The notes under the pieces: model-generated
Seen by the model: the letters and a program-made list of their open reading frames with translations, nothing else
Databases searched by the model: none
Told to the model about the DNA's origin: nothing
Shown: positions 47,616 through 62,026 of the stretch, piece by piece
How the letters are laid out: every line of letters starts with the position of its first letter
Position numbering within the stretch: the first letter of the stretch is position 1
NCBI RefSeq assembly: GCF_003018255.1
Contig: NZ_CP027440.1
Strand: one strand, 5' to 3'
Length of the DNA stretch: 64,000 nt
DNA from: Escherichia coli
Lineage (GTDB): Bacteria > Pseudomonadota > Gammaproteobacteria > Enterobacterales > Enterobacteriaceae
Program-made: the position numbers and the translations under genes

Positions 47616-48206
47616 TTACAACAGCCCGCAGGCTTCTTCAAAGGACAGACGTGGCAGGCGCGCAAAAAGTTTGCTGGAATCGCCATAGCCGATATTAATC
47701 AGCAGATTGCTCTTCAGCGTGCTGCCCGCAAAAAAGGCGTCGTCAACGTATTGACGGTCAAAGCCCGACATCGGGCCGGTATCCAGCCCCAGCGCACGGC
47801 AGGCGACGATCAGATAGGCCGCCTGCATGGAACTGTTGCGAAACGCTGTTTCTTCGGCAAGTTGTGGACTGGAGGTAAACCAACTGCGGGCATCGCCGTG
47901 AGGAAACAGCTGTGGTAACCGTTCATAAAATTCACTGTCCCAGGCGACGATAGCGGTGACGGGCGCGGTCAGGGTTTTTTGCAGATTGCCGCTGGAAAGC
48001 GCCGGGCGCAGACGTTCTTTTCCTTCTGCAGTGCGGATAAACACGATCCGTGCCGGAGAACAGTTAGCTGATGTCGGCCCCCATTTCATCAGGGCATAAA
48101 TCTCCCGTAACGTCTCATCGCTGACGGGTGTCTCCCGCCAGCCGTTGTGAGTGCGGGCATCGGTGAACAGGGTGCTAAGCGCACCTGGGCTAACGGCTTC
48201 GTTCAT
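47616..48206 (-). CDS. rutE: Nitroreductase-like RutE (malonic semialdehyde reductase)
   Basis: 196-aa [26 protein letters not shown]... Confidence 0.85.
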
Positions 48207-48215
48207 AGCAATTCC

Positions 48216-49016
48216 TTACAGAGCGGCTTCACGGTGATGTAACAGGCTGGCAAGCCCGTTGAGTAACAGAGCATTAAACGTTTCGGGATCGGTCACGTTG
48301 CAGGCGTGTCCGCCATAGCGCATCACCATTTTCTGGCTATCGGGCAGGGCGGCATGAAGTTCACTGGAACATGCTGTTGGCACCAGCAGATCATCACTGG
48401 CGCAGATGATTTGCACCGGGCAGCGGATACGATCCGCATGGTGACTAAAGTCAGCGCGTTTGAGGGCGTTAAGTCGACGCAGTAAATTATTTTTGCCTTG
48501 AAAATGCGCCAGTGCCAGCGCGTCTTCTGCCTCAAGGCGAGGTGCGCGGGCCGCCATCCAGTCGGCGGGATAGAGGAACAACGGCTGCGCTTCCACCCAT
48601 GCCTGCGCGCCGCCGCTATGTAGTAACTGTTCGCGAACCTGAAAACAGCGGCGCGTATGGGCGTTTATTCGTAGCCAGCCGTTAACGCTGACCAGCACAG
48701 TTACCGACGCGGGATAATCCAGCGCCAGCTGCATTCCCACCAGCGCACCGAGCGCATGGCCGACCACCGCGTAACGCTCAATCCCTGCGGCTACCAGCGC
48801 CTGATGCAGTTCCGCTGCCATCTGGGCGATACTGTAATCTTCTGCCAGCGTGTCGGGATTATTGCCGGTGCCGCGCTGGTCGTAACAGACTACCTGATAC
48901 TCCTGAACCAACACCGCCAGTTGCGGTAACCAGTAACTGCCGCTACCGCCAAGACCCGAAATCAACACCACTACGGGCGCATCAGCATAAGGGGGAGGTG
49001 AGAGTGAAAGTTTCAT
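48216..49016 (-). CDS. rutD: Alpha/beta hydrolase RutD
   Basis: [29 protein letters not shown]..., 266 aa from ATG comp(49014..49016). Confidence 0.85.
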   Translation of the reverse strand: MKLSLSPPPYADAPVVVLISGLGGSGSYWLPQLAVLVQEYQVVCYDQRGTGNNPDTLAEDYSIAQMAAELHQALVAAGIERYAVVGHALGALVGMQLALDYPASVTVLVSVNGWLRINAHTRRCFQVREQLLHSGGAQAWVEAQPLFLYPADWMAARAPRLEAEDALALAHFQGKNNLLRRLNALKRADFSHHADRIRCPVQIICASDDLLVPTACSSELHAALPDSQKMVMRYGGHACNVTDPETFNALLLNGLASLLHHREAAL

Positions 49017-49023
49017 CGCGGCC

Positions 49024-49410
49024 TCACTTGGCGATATGCGCAATTGTGGCGATTTCCACCAGCGCGTCAGGTTTTACCAGTCCGCACTGAATGCAGAATC
49101 GCGCCGGTTTGTCACCCGGGAAAAATTCGGCGTAGATTTCGTTAATCGCGGCGTAATTTTTCCAGTCGGTAATAAAGATGCTGTTGAAGGTCACATCCGC
49201 CATTGTGCCACCCGCCGTCTCGATGACCTTGCGGATGGTTTCCAGAACGTGGCGGGTTTGCGCCTTTGGGTCATCGGCAAACAGCACGTTGTTATGTTGA
49301 TCAAAAGCCAGCGTACCGGAGACATACACCACGCCATCAGCCAGCGTGCCGGGAACGAAGGGGGCCAGCGGTGCGCTGCTGCCAGCAGGAATAATTACGG
49401 ATTTTGGCAT
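49024..49410 (-). CDS. rutC: RidA/YjgF-family RutC
   Basis: 128-aa [35 protein letters not shown]... Confidence 0.85.
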
Positions 49411-49421
49411 CGTTAAACTCC

Positions 49422-51262
<1,841 letters not shown>

Positions 51263-51290
51263 ATCCTTTTCAGCCGCGTAATGGCTTGTT

Positions 51291-51307
51291 TGCAAAGCGG
51301 ATGCCAG
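51291..51307 (-). promoter_or_regulatory. Sigma-54 (-24/-12) promoter of the rut operon
   Basis: Minus strand reads cTGGCATccgctTTGCAaa, matching TGGCAC-N5-TTGCA. Confidence 0.6.
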
Positions 51308-51370
51308 TTTTTAAAAAGTGAATGTTATTAATGTGTTAATGTTAAGTTGTCTAAAATGCCTGAAAAAAAG

Positions 51371-51386
51371 TGGACTAAACGGTCAA
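51371..51386. promoter_or_regulatory. Candidate RutR operator
   Basis: Minus strand TTGACCGTTTAGTCCA resembles TTGACCAnnTGGTCAA. Confidence 0.4.
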
Positions 51387-51492
51387 AACAGTTGCACATA
51401 AAACATGCATTCGTGCGCGATGAGAGTGCAGAAGGTCGAGGCCGGGCGGGGGTTTTGCTATCCTGTTGCCAATCAACAAGAGGGGAGAGCGC

Positions 51493-52131
51493 ATGACGCA
51501 AGGCGCAGTGAAAACAACGGGTAAGCGTTCGCGCGCAGTAAGCGCGAAGAAAAAAGCGATTCTTAGCGCAGCACTGGACACTTTTTCACAATTCGGTTTT
51601 CACGGCACAAGGCTGGAGCAGATCGCGGAGTTGGCGGGTGTTTCAAAAACCAATCTGCTGTATTACTTTCCGTCAAAAGAGGCGCTGTATATAGCCGTAC
51701 TGCGGCAGATTCTCGATATCTGGCTGGCACCGTTAAAAGCGTTTCGAGAAGATTTCGCCCCGCTGGCGGCGATCAAAGAATACATCCGTCTGAAGCTGGA
51801 AGTTTCCCGCGATTATCCGCAGGCTTCGCGCCTGTTCTGTATGGAGATGCTGGCAGGTGCACCGCTGTTAATGGATGAACTGACGGGCGATTTGAAGGCA
51901 TTAATTGATGAGAAATCGGCGCTCATTGCCGGTTGGGTTAAAAGCGGCAAACTCGCGCCGATTGACCCGCAGCATTTGATTTTTATGATTTGGGCTTCCA
52001 CTCAACATTACGCCGATTTTGCCCCTCAGGTGGAGGCGGTGACAGGCGCGACGTTGCGCGATGAGGTGTTTTTCAATCAAACGGTTGAAAACGTGCAGCG
52101 GATTATTATTGAGGGGATTCGACCACGTTAA
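51493..52131 (+). CDS. rutR: TetR-family regulator RutR
   Basis: MTQGAVKTTGKRSRAVSAKKKAILSAALDTFSQFGFHGTRLEQIA..., 212 aa. Confidence 0.9.
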   Translation: MTQGAVKTTGKRSRAVSAKKKAILSAALDTFSQFGFHGTRLEQIAELAGVSKTNLLYYFPSKEALYIAVLRQILDIWLAPLKAFREDFAPLAAIKEYIRLKLEVSRDYPQASRLFCMEMLAGAPLLMDELTGDLKALIDEKSALIAGWVKSGKLAPIDPQHLIFMIWASTQHYADFAPQVEAVTGATLRDEVFFNQTVENVQRIIIEGIRPR

Positions 52132-52135
52132 AGAT

Positions 52136-52163
52136 GCCGGAGGAGGTTGTAACATCCTCCGGC
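52136..52163. terminator. Hairpin between convergent rutR and putA
   Basis: gccggagg / cctccggc stems around a 12-nt loop. Confidence 0.4.
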
Positions 52164-52170
52164 TACCTGT

Positions 52171-55100
52171 TTAACCGATCGTCATTAAACTGGCGTTACC
52201 GCCAGCAGCAGCGGTATTCACACTCAGCGAACGCTCGATATACAGCCGTTCCAGAAGGATATTGCTTTCGCCACGGGCAAAACCCTGCACCGAAACAATT
52301 GCACCATCCCGCGCGGCAACGGCTTCACACAATGCGCGAAGCTGATCCGAATCACCGTGGAAGATCACCGCATCAAATGGTTGAGCGGTTATATTTTCCG
52401 CTTTCGCCAGTTGAATACGTTCGCTGACTGCCGATGGCAATGCCTTCACTAACTGACGATGCAGCGCATCATCCGGCCACAGCACCTGGCTACCCACCGC
52501 CAGCACGGCGGCGAGCTGAGTCAGCGCATCCTGTTCATCATCCGCAATACACAACACGCGCTCACGCGGCAGCAGCGTCCAGGTGTTGCGTTCACCCGTC
52601 GGCCCTGGCAACAATCGTTGTGTTCCTGCCTGCGCCAACTCGCCATATTGCGTACATAACGCCTGCAATTCTGGACGGTTTGCCGCCCATTCCCGCAGTG
52701 CATTTAGCGGCTGAGTCAATGCGGCTTTCAACTGCGCATCGACCGGATACTCCGCATCCTGACGCGCGAGCGTCACTGCCAGCGCACTTTCCGGGCGATT
52801 CGCCAGCAGACGGTAGAGATAGAGCGGACCGCCTGCTTTCGGCCCGGTACCGGACAACCCTTCGCCGCCGAACGGTTGCACCCCAACCACCGCGCCCACC
52901 ATATTACGGTTAACGTACAGATTACCGACCTGGGCCGAGCCAGTGACCTGGGCAATGGTTTCATCAATACGCGTATGAACGCCAAGCGTCAGACCATAAC
53001 CGGAAGCGTTAATCTGCTCGATCAGCGCCGGCAGCTGGTTACGGTTGTAACGCACCACATGCAACACCGGACCAAAGACCTCTTTTTGTAATTCGGCAAA
53101 GTCATCCAGTTCGATCAGCGTCGGAGCGACAAAGGTGCCGCTTTGCCATTCACGGGCATCTTCGCTGTTTTCCCGCACCGCCTGGAACACCTGACGGCCT
53201 TTACTACGCATGGTCTGAATATGACGCTCGATATTGGCTTTCGCTTCGCTATCAATCACCGGACCGATATCGGTGGTCAGGCGACCCGGATTACCCATCC
53301 GGCATTCGGCCATTGCGCCGCGCAGCATTTTCAGCGTGTGGCCGGCAATCTCATCTTGCAGGCACAGCACGCGCAGTGCCGAACAACGCTGACCTGCACT
53401 GTCGAACGCCGAGGCCAGCACATCTATTACGACTTGTTCGGTCAGTGCTGAAGAATCGACAATCATCGCGTTCATGCCGCCGGTTTCCGCAATGAGCGGA
53501 ATTGGGCGACCCTGAGCGTCCAGGCGGCTGGCGATATTGCGTTGCAGTAACGTAGCGACTTCGGTTGAACCGGTAAACATCACCCCGCGCACGCGTTCAT
53601 CACCCGTCAGTTGCGCGCCCACGGTTTCACCCCGACCTGGCAGCAATTGCACCACGCCTGGCGGTACACCCGCTTCCAGCAAAATGGCGATCCCTTGCGC
53701 GGCAATCAGCGGCGTTTGTTCTGCCGGTTTTGCCAGTACGCTGTTACCTGCCGCCAGTGCGGCAGCGATCTGCCCGGTGAAAATCGCCAGCGGGAAGTTC
53801 CACGGGCTGATACATACCACAGGCCCTAATGGACGATGGGTTTCGTTAGCGAAATCATCCCGCACCTGTCCGGCGTAGTAGTGGAGAAAATCGACCGCTT
53901 CACGCACTTCGGCAATGGCGTTACTGAAGGTTTTTCCGGCTTCACGCACCAGAATACCAATCAGTTGCTGCATCTGGCTTTCCATTAGCACGGCAGCGCG
54001 ATGCAAAATCGCCGCGCGTTCAGCCGGAGGAGTGGCAAACCAGATTGGCGCATTATTAACCGCACTTTCCAGCGCTTGTTCTACTTCACGCGGCGTGGCT
54101 TCACGCACAAAGCCCACAATATCTTTCGGTTCCGCAGGGTTAATAACGGGCGACATCTCACCTGCCGCTACCGGTTGTTCCAGCATTGGCAAGGCCTGCC
54201 ATTTTTGCAGTGCACTATTGAGCAGGGCAGAGGAGAGCGAGGCCAGACGGTGTTCGTTAGCGAGATCCAGCCCTGCCGAGTTGTCGCGCCCGTGACCGTA
54301 AAGATCGCGCGGCAGGGGAATTTTCGGATGCGGTAATCCAGTTTGCCCTTCCTGTTGCGCCAGTTTTTCTACAGCAGTGACCGGATCGGCAACCAGTTCA
54401 TCCAGTGGCAAAGAGGTGTCGGCAATACGGTTAACAAACGAGGTGTTAGCACCGTTTTCCAGCAGGCGACGCACCAGATACGCCAGCAGCGTTTCATGTG
54501 TGCCAACCGGGGCATAAATACGACACGGACGGTTAAGTTTGCCGTCGGCAACTTTCCCGGTGACCTGCTCATACAGTGGCTCGCCCATACCATGCAGGCA
54601 CTGGAATTCGTACTGACCCGGGTAGTAGTTCTGACCCGCCAGTTGATAAATTGCCGCCAGCGTATGGGCGTTATGCGTTGCGAACTGCGGGTAGATTAGA
54701 TTCGGCACCGCCAGCAGCTTTTTCGCACAGGCGAGATATGAAACGTCGGTATACACCTTGCGGGTATAAACCGGATAACCTTCAAGGCCGTCCATCTGCG
54801 CGCGCTTGATTTCACTATCCCAGTACGCGCCTTTCACCAGGCGAATCATCAGACGGCGACGGCTGCGGGTGGCGAGATCAATCAGGTAATCAATCACCGG
54901 TGGGCAGCGTTTTTGATAAGCCTGAATAACAAAACCGATGCCGTTCCAGCCTGCCAGTTCCGGCTCGAAACAGAGTTTTTCCAGCAGATCGAGGGAGATC
55001 TCCAGACGATCGGCCTCTTCGGCATCGATGTTAATACCAATATCGTACTGACGCGCCAGCAGGGTGAGTGATTTCAGACGTGGGTAAAGCTCTTCCATTA

Positions 55101-56133
55101 CCCGGTCATACTGGGCGCGGCTGTAACGCGGATGCAGCGCCGACAGCTTGATTGAAATGCCCGGACCTTCATAGATGCCACGACCATTGGACGCTTTACC
55201 AATGGCGTGAATCGCCTGCTGATAGGAAACCATATACGCCTGTGCATCTGCGGCGGTCAGCGCGGCTTCGCCCAGCATATCGTAGGAGTAACGGAAACCT
55301 TTCTCTTCCAGCTTGCGTGCATTGGCTAACGCTTCTGCAATGGTTTCACCCGTGACGAACTGCTCGCCCATCAGGCGCATCGCCATATCCACACCTTTGC
55401 GGATCAGCGGTTCACCGCTCTTACCGATAATGCGGTTCAGCGAGCGGGAGAGGCTGGCTTCGTTATGGGTGGAAACCAGTTTGCCGGTAAACAGCAGCCC
55501 CCAGGTGGCGGCATTAACAAACAACGACGGGCTACGACCAATGTGTGACTGCCAGTTACCGTTGCTGATTTTGTCGCGAATTAACGCATCACGGGTGGCT
55601 TTGTCGGGAATACGCAACAACGCTTCTGCCAGACACATCAGCGCCACGCCTTCCTGCGATGACAACGAAAACTCCTGCAATAACCCCTGAACCATACCTG
55701 CGCGACCACTGGCGTTTTTTTGATTACGCAGTTTATCGGCCAGTTGATACGCCAGTTTGTGCGCCTGTTCAGCAACTGGCTGCGGCAGGCGAGCTTGTTC
55801 CAGCAGCATCGAAACCGCTTCGGTTTCCGGACGGCGATAGGCAGCGGTGATCGCGGCGCGGGAAACCGACTGGGGCAAAATTTGCTCGGCAAAGTCGAGG
55901 AAAGGCTGGTGTGGTTCCTCTGCCGGAGTCGGTGCTTCATCGCTCTCATTGGCAGCGCCAGAAAGCAGCGCAGGTAGCTCCGGCAGAGTATCGCTGTTTT
56001 CCAGTTGTTCAAGATAAGAAAAAATCGCCTGTTTAATTAACCAGTGTGGCGTGCGATCGATACGTGTCGCGGCAGACTTAATACGCTCACGCGTCGCGTC
56101 GTCCAGCTTAACCCCCATGGTGGTGGTTCCCAT
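52171..56133 (-). CDS. putA: Bifunctional proline dehydrogenase / P5C dehydrogenase and put repressor
   Basis: Track ORF 1342 aa; start at ATG comp(56131..56133) MGTTTMGVKLDDATRERIKSAATRIDRTPHWLIKQAI... (ribbon-helix-helix N-terminus), 1320 aa. Confidence 0.95.
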   Translation of the reverse strand: MGTTTMGVKLDDATRERIKSAATRIDRTPHWLIKQAIFSYLEQLENSDTLPELPALLSGAANESDEAPTPAEEPHQPFLDFAEQILPQSVSRAAITAAYRRPETEAVSMLLEQARLPQPVAEQAHKLAYQLADKLRNQKNASGRAGMVQGLLQEFSLSSQEGVALMCLAEALLRIPDKATRDALIRDKISNGNWQSHIGRSPSLFVNAATWGLLFTGKLVSTHNEASLSRSLNRIIGKSGEPLIRKGVDMAMRLMGEQFVTGETIAEALANARKLEEKGFRYSYDMLGEAALTAADAQAYMVSYQQAIHAIGKASNGRGIYEGPGISIKLSALHPRYSRAQYDRVMEELYPRLKSLTLLARQYDIGINIDAEEADRLEISLDLLEKLCFEPELAGWNGIGFVIQAYQKRCPPVIDYLIDLATRSRRRLMIRLVKGAYWDSEIKRAQMDGLEGYPVYTRKVYTDVSYLACAKKLLAVPNLIYPQFATHNAHTLAAIYQLAGQNYYPGQYEFQCLHGMGEPLYEQVTGKVADGKLNRPCRIYAPVGTHETLLAYLVRRLLENGANTSFVNRIADTSLPLDELVADPVTAVEKLAQQEGQTGLPHPKIPLPRDLYGHGRDNSAGLDLANEHRLASLSSALLNSALQKWQALPMLEQPVAAGEMSPVINPAEPKDIVGFVREATPREVEQALESAVNNAPIWFATPPAERAAILHRAAVLMESQMQQLIGILVREAGKTFSNAIAEVREAVDFLHYYAGQVRDDFANETHRPLGPVVCISPWNFPLAIFTGQIAAALAAGNSVLAKPAEQTPLIAAQGIAILLEAGVPPGVVQLLPGRGETVGAQLTGDERVRGVMFTGSTEVATLLQRNIASRLDAQGRPIPLIAETGGMNAMIVDSSALTEQVVIDVLASAFDSAGQRCSALRVLCLQDEIAGHTLKMLRGAMAECRMGNPGRLTTDIGPVIDSEAKANIERHIQTMRSKGRQVFQAVRENSEDAREWQSGTFVAPTLIELDDFAELQKEVFGPVLHVVRYNRNQLPALIEQINASGYGLTLGVHTRIDETIAQVTGSAQVGNLYVNRNMVGAVVGVQPFGGEGLSGTGPKAGGPLYLYRLLANRPESALAVTLARQDAEYPVDAQLKAALTQPLNALREWAANRPELQALCTQYGELAQAGTQRLLPGPTGERNTWTLLPRERVLCIADDEQDALTQLAAVLAVGSQVLWPDDALHRQLVKALPSAVSERIQLAKAENITAQPFDAVIFHGDSDQLRALCEAVAARDGAIVSVQGFARGESNILLERLYIERSLSVNTAAAGGNASLMTIG

Positions 56134-56157
56134 GCCATTACTCCTGTTGTTCTGAAA

Positions 56158-56368
56158 GGTGCAACTTAACGTTATCGTGAAATATCCATGATGTTGCAAC
56201 TTTGTGCAACTGTGTTAAATGTGACCTGCGTAGCAAGCTTAAAAATGAATGAAATGTTAATAAACGAAATCGATATGACAGGGATTAAAAAAATAACTCA
56301 GACTTTTTCTCTGCGGCAGTTAACATTTTTGAAAGGTGCAACCGCAAAAAATGTGAGAGAGTGCAACC
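56158..56368. promoter_or_regulatory. put control region with five GTTGCA/TGCAAC PutA operator motifs
   Basis: TGCAAC at 56160..56165, GTTGCAAC at 56193..56200, TGCAAC at 56205..56210, 56337..56342 and 56363..56368 in the divergent putA-putP intergenic. Confidence 0.65.
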
Positions 56369-56555
56369 TGATGAAAAATAGTGTCGCTGAGCACTAAAAT
56401 TTAATGTAAATGGTGTGTTAAATCGATTGTGAATAACCAGCGCTTCCGGCAGGATACGGTCGCCCTGGTAAAACATAAACTCTGTTACCCCGTTCCGGTG
56501 GCAGATATAACGGCAAGTTTCGACATTGCCGATAATAATTTTTTGGAGACTTTAG

Positions 56556-58064
<1,509 letters not shown>

Positions 58065-58149
58065 GGGACTTAGCCTGCGGCGGTTTTGTTTGGCTTCAGC
58101 AGCGGGTTGCGCTCCCTTAATGTGCCTCGCCATATAAATTGAATGGTGC

Positions 58150-58340
58150 AGGGAGCGCGCAGGGGGCGGCCAATCGCCGCCGCCCCCTGCACCCCCGGGC
58201 TCTGGCGAACAAAATCGCCGCTGCGCGGTACCTTCAGCTTATCCCCTTCGGCTACCGGGTCGGGCGCGAGGTAACGTCCTGTAAGACGCGCCCTCAGCCC
58301 ACATCCATGTGGGCTGCCCCGGCCTTCGGGGAACGCTTCA
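58150..58340. repeat. GC-rich palindrome-bearing intergenic element, family unassigned
   Basis: gcagggggcggc-caatc-gccgcc(g)ccccctgc hairpin at 58159..58190 and cagcccacatccatgtgggctg palindrome at 58294..58315, in an otherwise AT-rich intergenic. Confidence 0.4.
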
Positions 58341-58486
58341 GCGATTTTGACGCCACCAACACCCGAGCTGTTATTATGTTCCGGGCAAAAAGTTAGATTT
58401 GATAATCGCGGATGGACGAAATTGCTTGATACACCCGCTTATCAGTTTTACATGGAAGCTCTGATGCATTGAGTCTGGACAGTTTT

Positions 58487-58520
58487 GTCGGCTGGATAAG
58501 GCATTTACGCGGCATCTGGC
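58487..58520. repeat. Degenerate REP-like palindrome
   Basis: ggctggataaggcatttacgcggcatctggcaag resembles gccggataaggcgtttacgccgcatccggca. Confidence 0.4.
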
Positions 58521-58652
58521 AAGAACACATGGCTCGTTGTAAACAATCCCATCTTTGTACCTGGAATAATCGTTTATATCCCCTGGCATTACCTTTCTTT
58601 GTTTACATTCCAACATCATTTTATAAACATTCTGCTTGTATTTTTCTTTACC

Positions 58653-58670
58653 GTAATGATAATCGCTATC
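58653..58670. promoter_or_regulatory. Candidate Fur box upstream of efeU
   Basis: gtaatgataatcgctatc resembles GATAATGATAATCATTATC, about 60 bp upstream of efeU ATG. Confidence 0.5.
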
Positions 58671-58729
58671 ACTGCGATTTACTTTTCTTTGCATAGATTG
58701 ACTCAGAAAAACGTTTAAGGGTGGGTGGC

Positions 58730-59560
58730 ATGTTTGTTCCGTTTCTCATTATGTTGCGCGAAGGACTTGAAGCCGCGCTGATTGTCAGTTTGATTGCCAG
58801 CTATCTTAAGCGTACCCAGCGAGGCCGATGGATTGGTGTGATGTGGATTGGCGTGCTGTTTGCCGCTGCGTTGTGCCTGGGCTTGGGTATCTTCATTAAC
58901 GAAACCACCGGCGAATTTCCGCAAAAAGAACAGGAACTGTTTGAAGGTATCGTGGCGGTGATCGCCGTGGTGATCCTTACCTGGATGGTTTTCTGGATGC
59001 GCAAAGTGTCGCGCAACGTCAAAGTGCAACTGGAACAGGCAGTCGATAGCGCATTGCAGCGTGGAAATCATCATGGCTGGGCGCTGGTGATGATGGTCTT
59101 TTTTGCCGTTGCAAGGGAAGGGCTGGAGTCGGTCTTTTTCCTGCTGGCGGCGTTTCAACAAGATGTCGGGATCTGGCCGCCGCTGGGTGCAATGCTCGGT
59201 CTTGCTACAGCCGTGGTGCTCGGCTTCCTGCTCTACTGGGGCGGTATTCGCCTCAATCTTGGTGCATTTTTTAAATGGACCAGCCTGTTTATTCTCTTCG
59301 TCGCCGCAGGGCTGGCGGCTGGTGCCATTCGCGCATTTCATGAAGCCGGATTGTGGAACCACTTTCAGGAAATCGCCTTCGATATGAGTGCGGTGCTCTC
59401 AACTCACTCGCTGTTTGGCACGCTGATGGAAGGGGTTTTTGGCTATCAGGAAGCGCCGAGCGTCAGCGAAGTCGCCGTCTGGTTTATTTATCTCATCCCG
59501 GCGCTGGTGGCATTTGCTCTGCCACCACGCGCAGGGGCGACAGCGTCTCGCTCCGCGTAA
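58730..59560 (+). CDS. efeU: Ferrous-iron permease EfeU (FTR1 family), intact
   Basis: ATG 58730; MFVPFLIMLREGLEAALIVSL... with two REGLE motifs (REGLEA, REGLES); single uninterrupted 276-aa frame. Confidence 0.85.
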   Translation: MFVPFLIMLREGLEAALIVSLIASYLKRTQRGRWIGVMWIGVLFAAALCLGLGIFINETTGEFPQKEQELFEGIVAVIAVVILTWMVFWMRKVSRNVKVQLEQAVDSALQRGNHHGWALVMMVFFAVAREGLESVFFLLAAFQQDVGIWPPLGAMLGLATAVVLGFLLYWGGIRLNLGAFFKWTSLFILFVAAGLAAGAIRAFHEAGLWNHFQEIAFDMSAVLSTHSLFGTLMEGVFGYQEAPSVSEVAVWFIYLIPALVAFALPPRAGATASRSA

Positions 59561-59617
59561 CAAATACGACGCAAACTCTTGCTTAGTTACAACATACTTT
59601 AAAGGGATAGTCTCGTC

Positions 59618-60745
59618 ATGACCATTAACTTCCGCCGTAACGCATTGCAGTTTAGCGTGGCTGCGCTGTTCTCTTCTGCTTTTATGGCTAACGCCGCTGA
59701 TATTCCGCAGGTCAAAGTCACTGTGACAGATAAACAGTGCGAACCGATGACCATTACGGTTAACGCCGGGAAAACACAGTTCATTATTCAGAACCACAGC
59801 CAGAAGGCGCTGGAGTGGGAGATCCTCAAAGGCGTGATGGTGGTGGAAGAGCGGGAAAATATCGCCCCTGGTTTTAGCCAGAAAATGACGGCGAATTTAC
59901 AGCCTGGCGAATACGATATGACCTGCGGTCTGCTGACTAACCCGAAAGGGAAGTTGATCGTCAAAGGTGAGGCAACGGCGGATGCGGCGCAAAGTGATGC
60001 GCTGTTAAGTCTTGGTGGTGCAATTACTGCATATAAAGCGTATGTCATGGCGGAAACCACACAGCTGGTGACCGACACCAAAGCCTTTACCGACGCGATT
60101 AAAGCAGGCGATATCGAAAAAGCGAAAGCACTGTATGCGCCGACGCGCCAGCACTATGAGCGCATTGAACCGATTGCTGAACTGTTCTCCGATCTGGATG
60201 GCAGCATTGACGCCCGTGAAGATGATTACGAGCAAAAAGCCGCCGATCCGAAATTCACCGGTTTCCACCGTCTGGAAAAAGCATTGTTTGGCGATAACAC
60301 CACCAAAGGGATGGATAAGTATGCCGACCAGCTTTATACCGATGTGATCGATTTGCAAAAACGCATCAGTGAACTGGCTTTCCCTCCTTCAAAAGTGGTC
60401 GGCGGTGCAGCCGGACTGATTGAGGAAGTGGCGGCCAGCAAAATCAGCGGTGAAGAAGATCGCTACAGCCACACCGATCTGTGGGATTTCCAGGCTAACG
60501 TTGAAGGCTCGCAGAAAATTGTCGATCTGCTGCGTCCACAACTACAAAAAGTGAATCCGGAACTGTTGGCAAAAGTCGATGCCAACTTCATAAAGGTCGA
60601 TACCATTCTGGCGAAATACCGTACTAAAGACGGTTTTGAAAATTACGACAAACTGACCGATGCTGACCGGAATGCACTGAAAGGACCGATTACTGCGCTG
60701 GCGGAAGATCTGGCGCAACTTCGCGGTGTGCTGGGGCTGGACTAA
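59618..60745 (+). CDS. efeO: Periplasmic iron-uptake protein EfeO (cupredoxin/M75)
   Basis: 375 aa with signal peptide [26 protein letters not shown]. Confidence 0.9.
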   Translation: MTINFRRNALQFSVAALFSSAFMANAADIPQVKVTVTDKQCEPMTITVNAGKTQFIIQNHSQKALEWEILKGVMVVEERENIAPGFSQKMTANLQPGEYDMTCGLLTNPKGKLIVKGEATADAAQSDALLSLGGAITAYKAYVMAETTQLVTDTKAFTDAIKAGDIEKAKALYAPTRQHYERIEPIAELFSDLDGSIDAREDDYEQKAADPKFTGFHRLEKALFGDNTTKGMDKYADQLYTDVIDLQKRISELAFPPSKVVGGAAGLIEEVAASKISGEEDRYSHTDLWDFQANVEGSQKIVDLLRPQLQKVNPELLAKVDANFIKVDTILAKYRTKDGFENYDKLTDADRNALKGPITALAEDLAQLRGVLGLD

Positions 60746-60750
60746 GCGTT

Positions 60751-62022
60751 ATGCAGTATGAAGATGAAAACGGCGTGAATGAACCGTCACGCCGACGTTT
60801 ACTGAAAGGGATTGGTGCGCTGGCGCTGGCGGGAAGTTGTCCGGTCGCTCATGCACAAAAAACGCAAAGTGCGCCGGGTACGCTTTCACCGGATGCACGC
60901 AATGAGAAACAGCCGTTTTATGGTGAGCATCAGGCAGGGATCCTGACGCCACAACAGGCTGCAATGATGCTGGTGGCGTTTGATGTGCTTGCCAGCGATA
61001 AAGCCGATCTTGAACGGTTGTTTCGCTTGTTGACTCAGCGTTTTGCTTTTCTGACTCAGGGCGGAGCGGCACCAGAAACGCCAAATCCGCGCCTGCCACC
61101 ACTCGATTCCGGCATTCTTGGCGGCTACATTGCGCCCGATAATCTCACCATAACGTTATCGGTGGGCCACTCATTGTTTGATGAGCGCTTTGGCCTTGCG
61201 CCACAGATGCCGAAAAAGTTGCAGAAGATGACGCGTTTCCCCAACGACTCGCTGGATGCGGCGTTATGTCATGGTGATGTGTTGCTACAAATTTGCGCCA
61301 ACACCCAGGACACGGTGATCCATGCGCTGCGCGATATCATCAAACACACGCCGGATTTGCTCAGCGTGCGCTGGAAGCGGGAAGGGTTTATTTCCGACCA
61401 CGCGGCGCGTAGTAAAGGTAAAGAGACACCGATTAATTTGCTGGGTTTCAAAGACGGCACTGCCAATCCCGATAGCCAGAATGCGAAGTTGATGCAAAAA
61501 GTGGTGTGGGTGACGGCAGATCAGCAGGAGCCTGCGTGGACAATCGGTGGTAGCTACCAGGCGGTGCGGTTGATTCAGTTTCGGGTGGAATTTTGGGACA
61601 GAACGCCGCTGAAAGAACAGCAGACGATATTTGGGCGTGATAAGCAAACCGGCGCGCCGCTGGGAATGCAGCATGAGCATGATGTGCCTGATTACGCCAG
61701 CGATCCGGAGGGGAAGGTGATCGCGCTGGACAGCCATATCCGGCTGGCGAATCCCCGCACGCCAGAGAGTGAGTCAAGTCTGATGCTGCGTCGTGGCTAC
61801 AGTTATTCGTTGGGCGTCACCAATTCCGGGCAACTCGATATGGGGCTACTGTTTGTCTGCTACCAACACGATCTGGAAAAGGGCTTCCTGACAGTACAAA
61901 AAAGGTTGAATGGAGAGGCGCTGGAGGAATATGTCAAACCTATCGGTGGCGGCTATTTCTTTGCGCTGCCGGGTGTGAAGGACGCGAACGATTATCTCGG
62001 AAGCGCATTATTGCGGGTTTAA
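60751..62022 (+). CDS. efeB: Dye-decolorizing-type haem peroxidase EfeB
   Basis: 423 aa; Tat signal [16 protein letters not shown]. Confidence 0.9.
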   Translation: MQYEDENGVNEPSRRRLLKGIGALALAGSCPVAHAQKTQSAPGTLSPDARNEKQPFYGEHQAGILTPQQAAMMLVAFDVLASDKADLERLFRLLTQRFAFLTQGGAAPETPNPRLPPLDSGILGGYIAPDNLTITLSVGHSLFDERFGLAPQMPKKLQKMTRFPNDSLDAALCHGDVLLQICANTQDTVIHALRDIIKHTPDLLSVRWKREGFISDHAARSKGKETPINLLGFKDGTANPDSQNAKLMQKVVWVTADQQEPAWTIGGSYQAVRLIQFRVEFWDRTPLKEQQTIFGRDKQTGAPLGMQHEHDVPDYASDPEGKVIALDSHIRLANPRTPESESSLMLRRGYSYSLGVTNSGQLDMGLLFVCYQHDLEKGFLTVQKRLNGEALEEYVKPIGGGYFFALPGVKDANDYLGSALLRV

Positions 62023-62026
62023 TGTT

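Noticed and set aside
52434..55977. Many 60-160 aa ORFs antisense to or out of frame within putA
   Set aside because: They sit entirely inside the well-supported 1320-codon putA frame, are Arg/Ala/Pro-rich as expected from GC-rich antisense translation, and lack start contexts. The same applies to internal or antisense ORFs in yccS, torS, torA, etk, gfcD, rutG and appB.
56188..56476. Two small ORFs (69 and 63 aa) in the putA-putP intergenic
   Set aside because: They overlap the cluster of GTTGCA PutA operator motifs and the divergent put promoters and are AT-rich with no start context; this is a regulatory region, not coding.
58374..58694. 106-aa minus-strand ORF in the putP-efeU intergenic
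   Set aside because: Lies in AT-rich promoter DNA overlapping the candidate Fur box, has a Lys/Tyr/Asn-rich composition typical of AT-rich noise, and has no start context.
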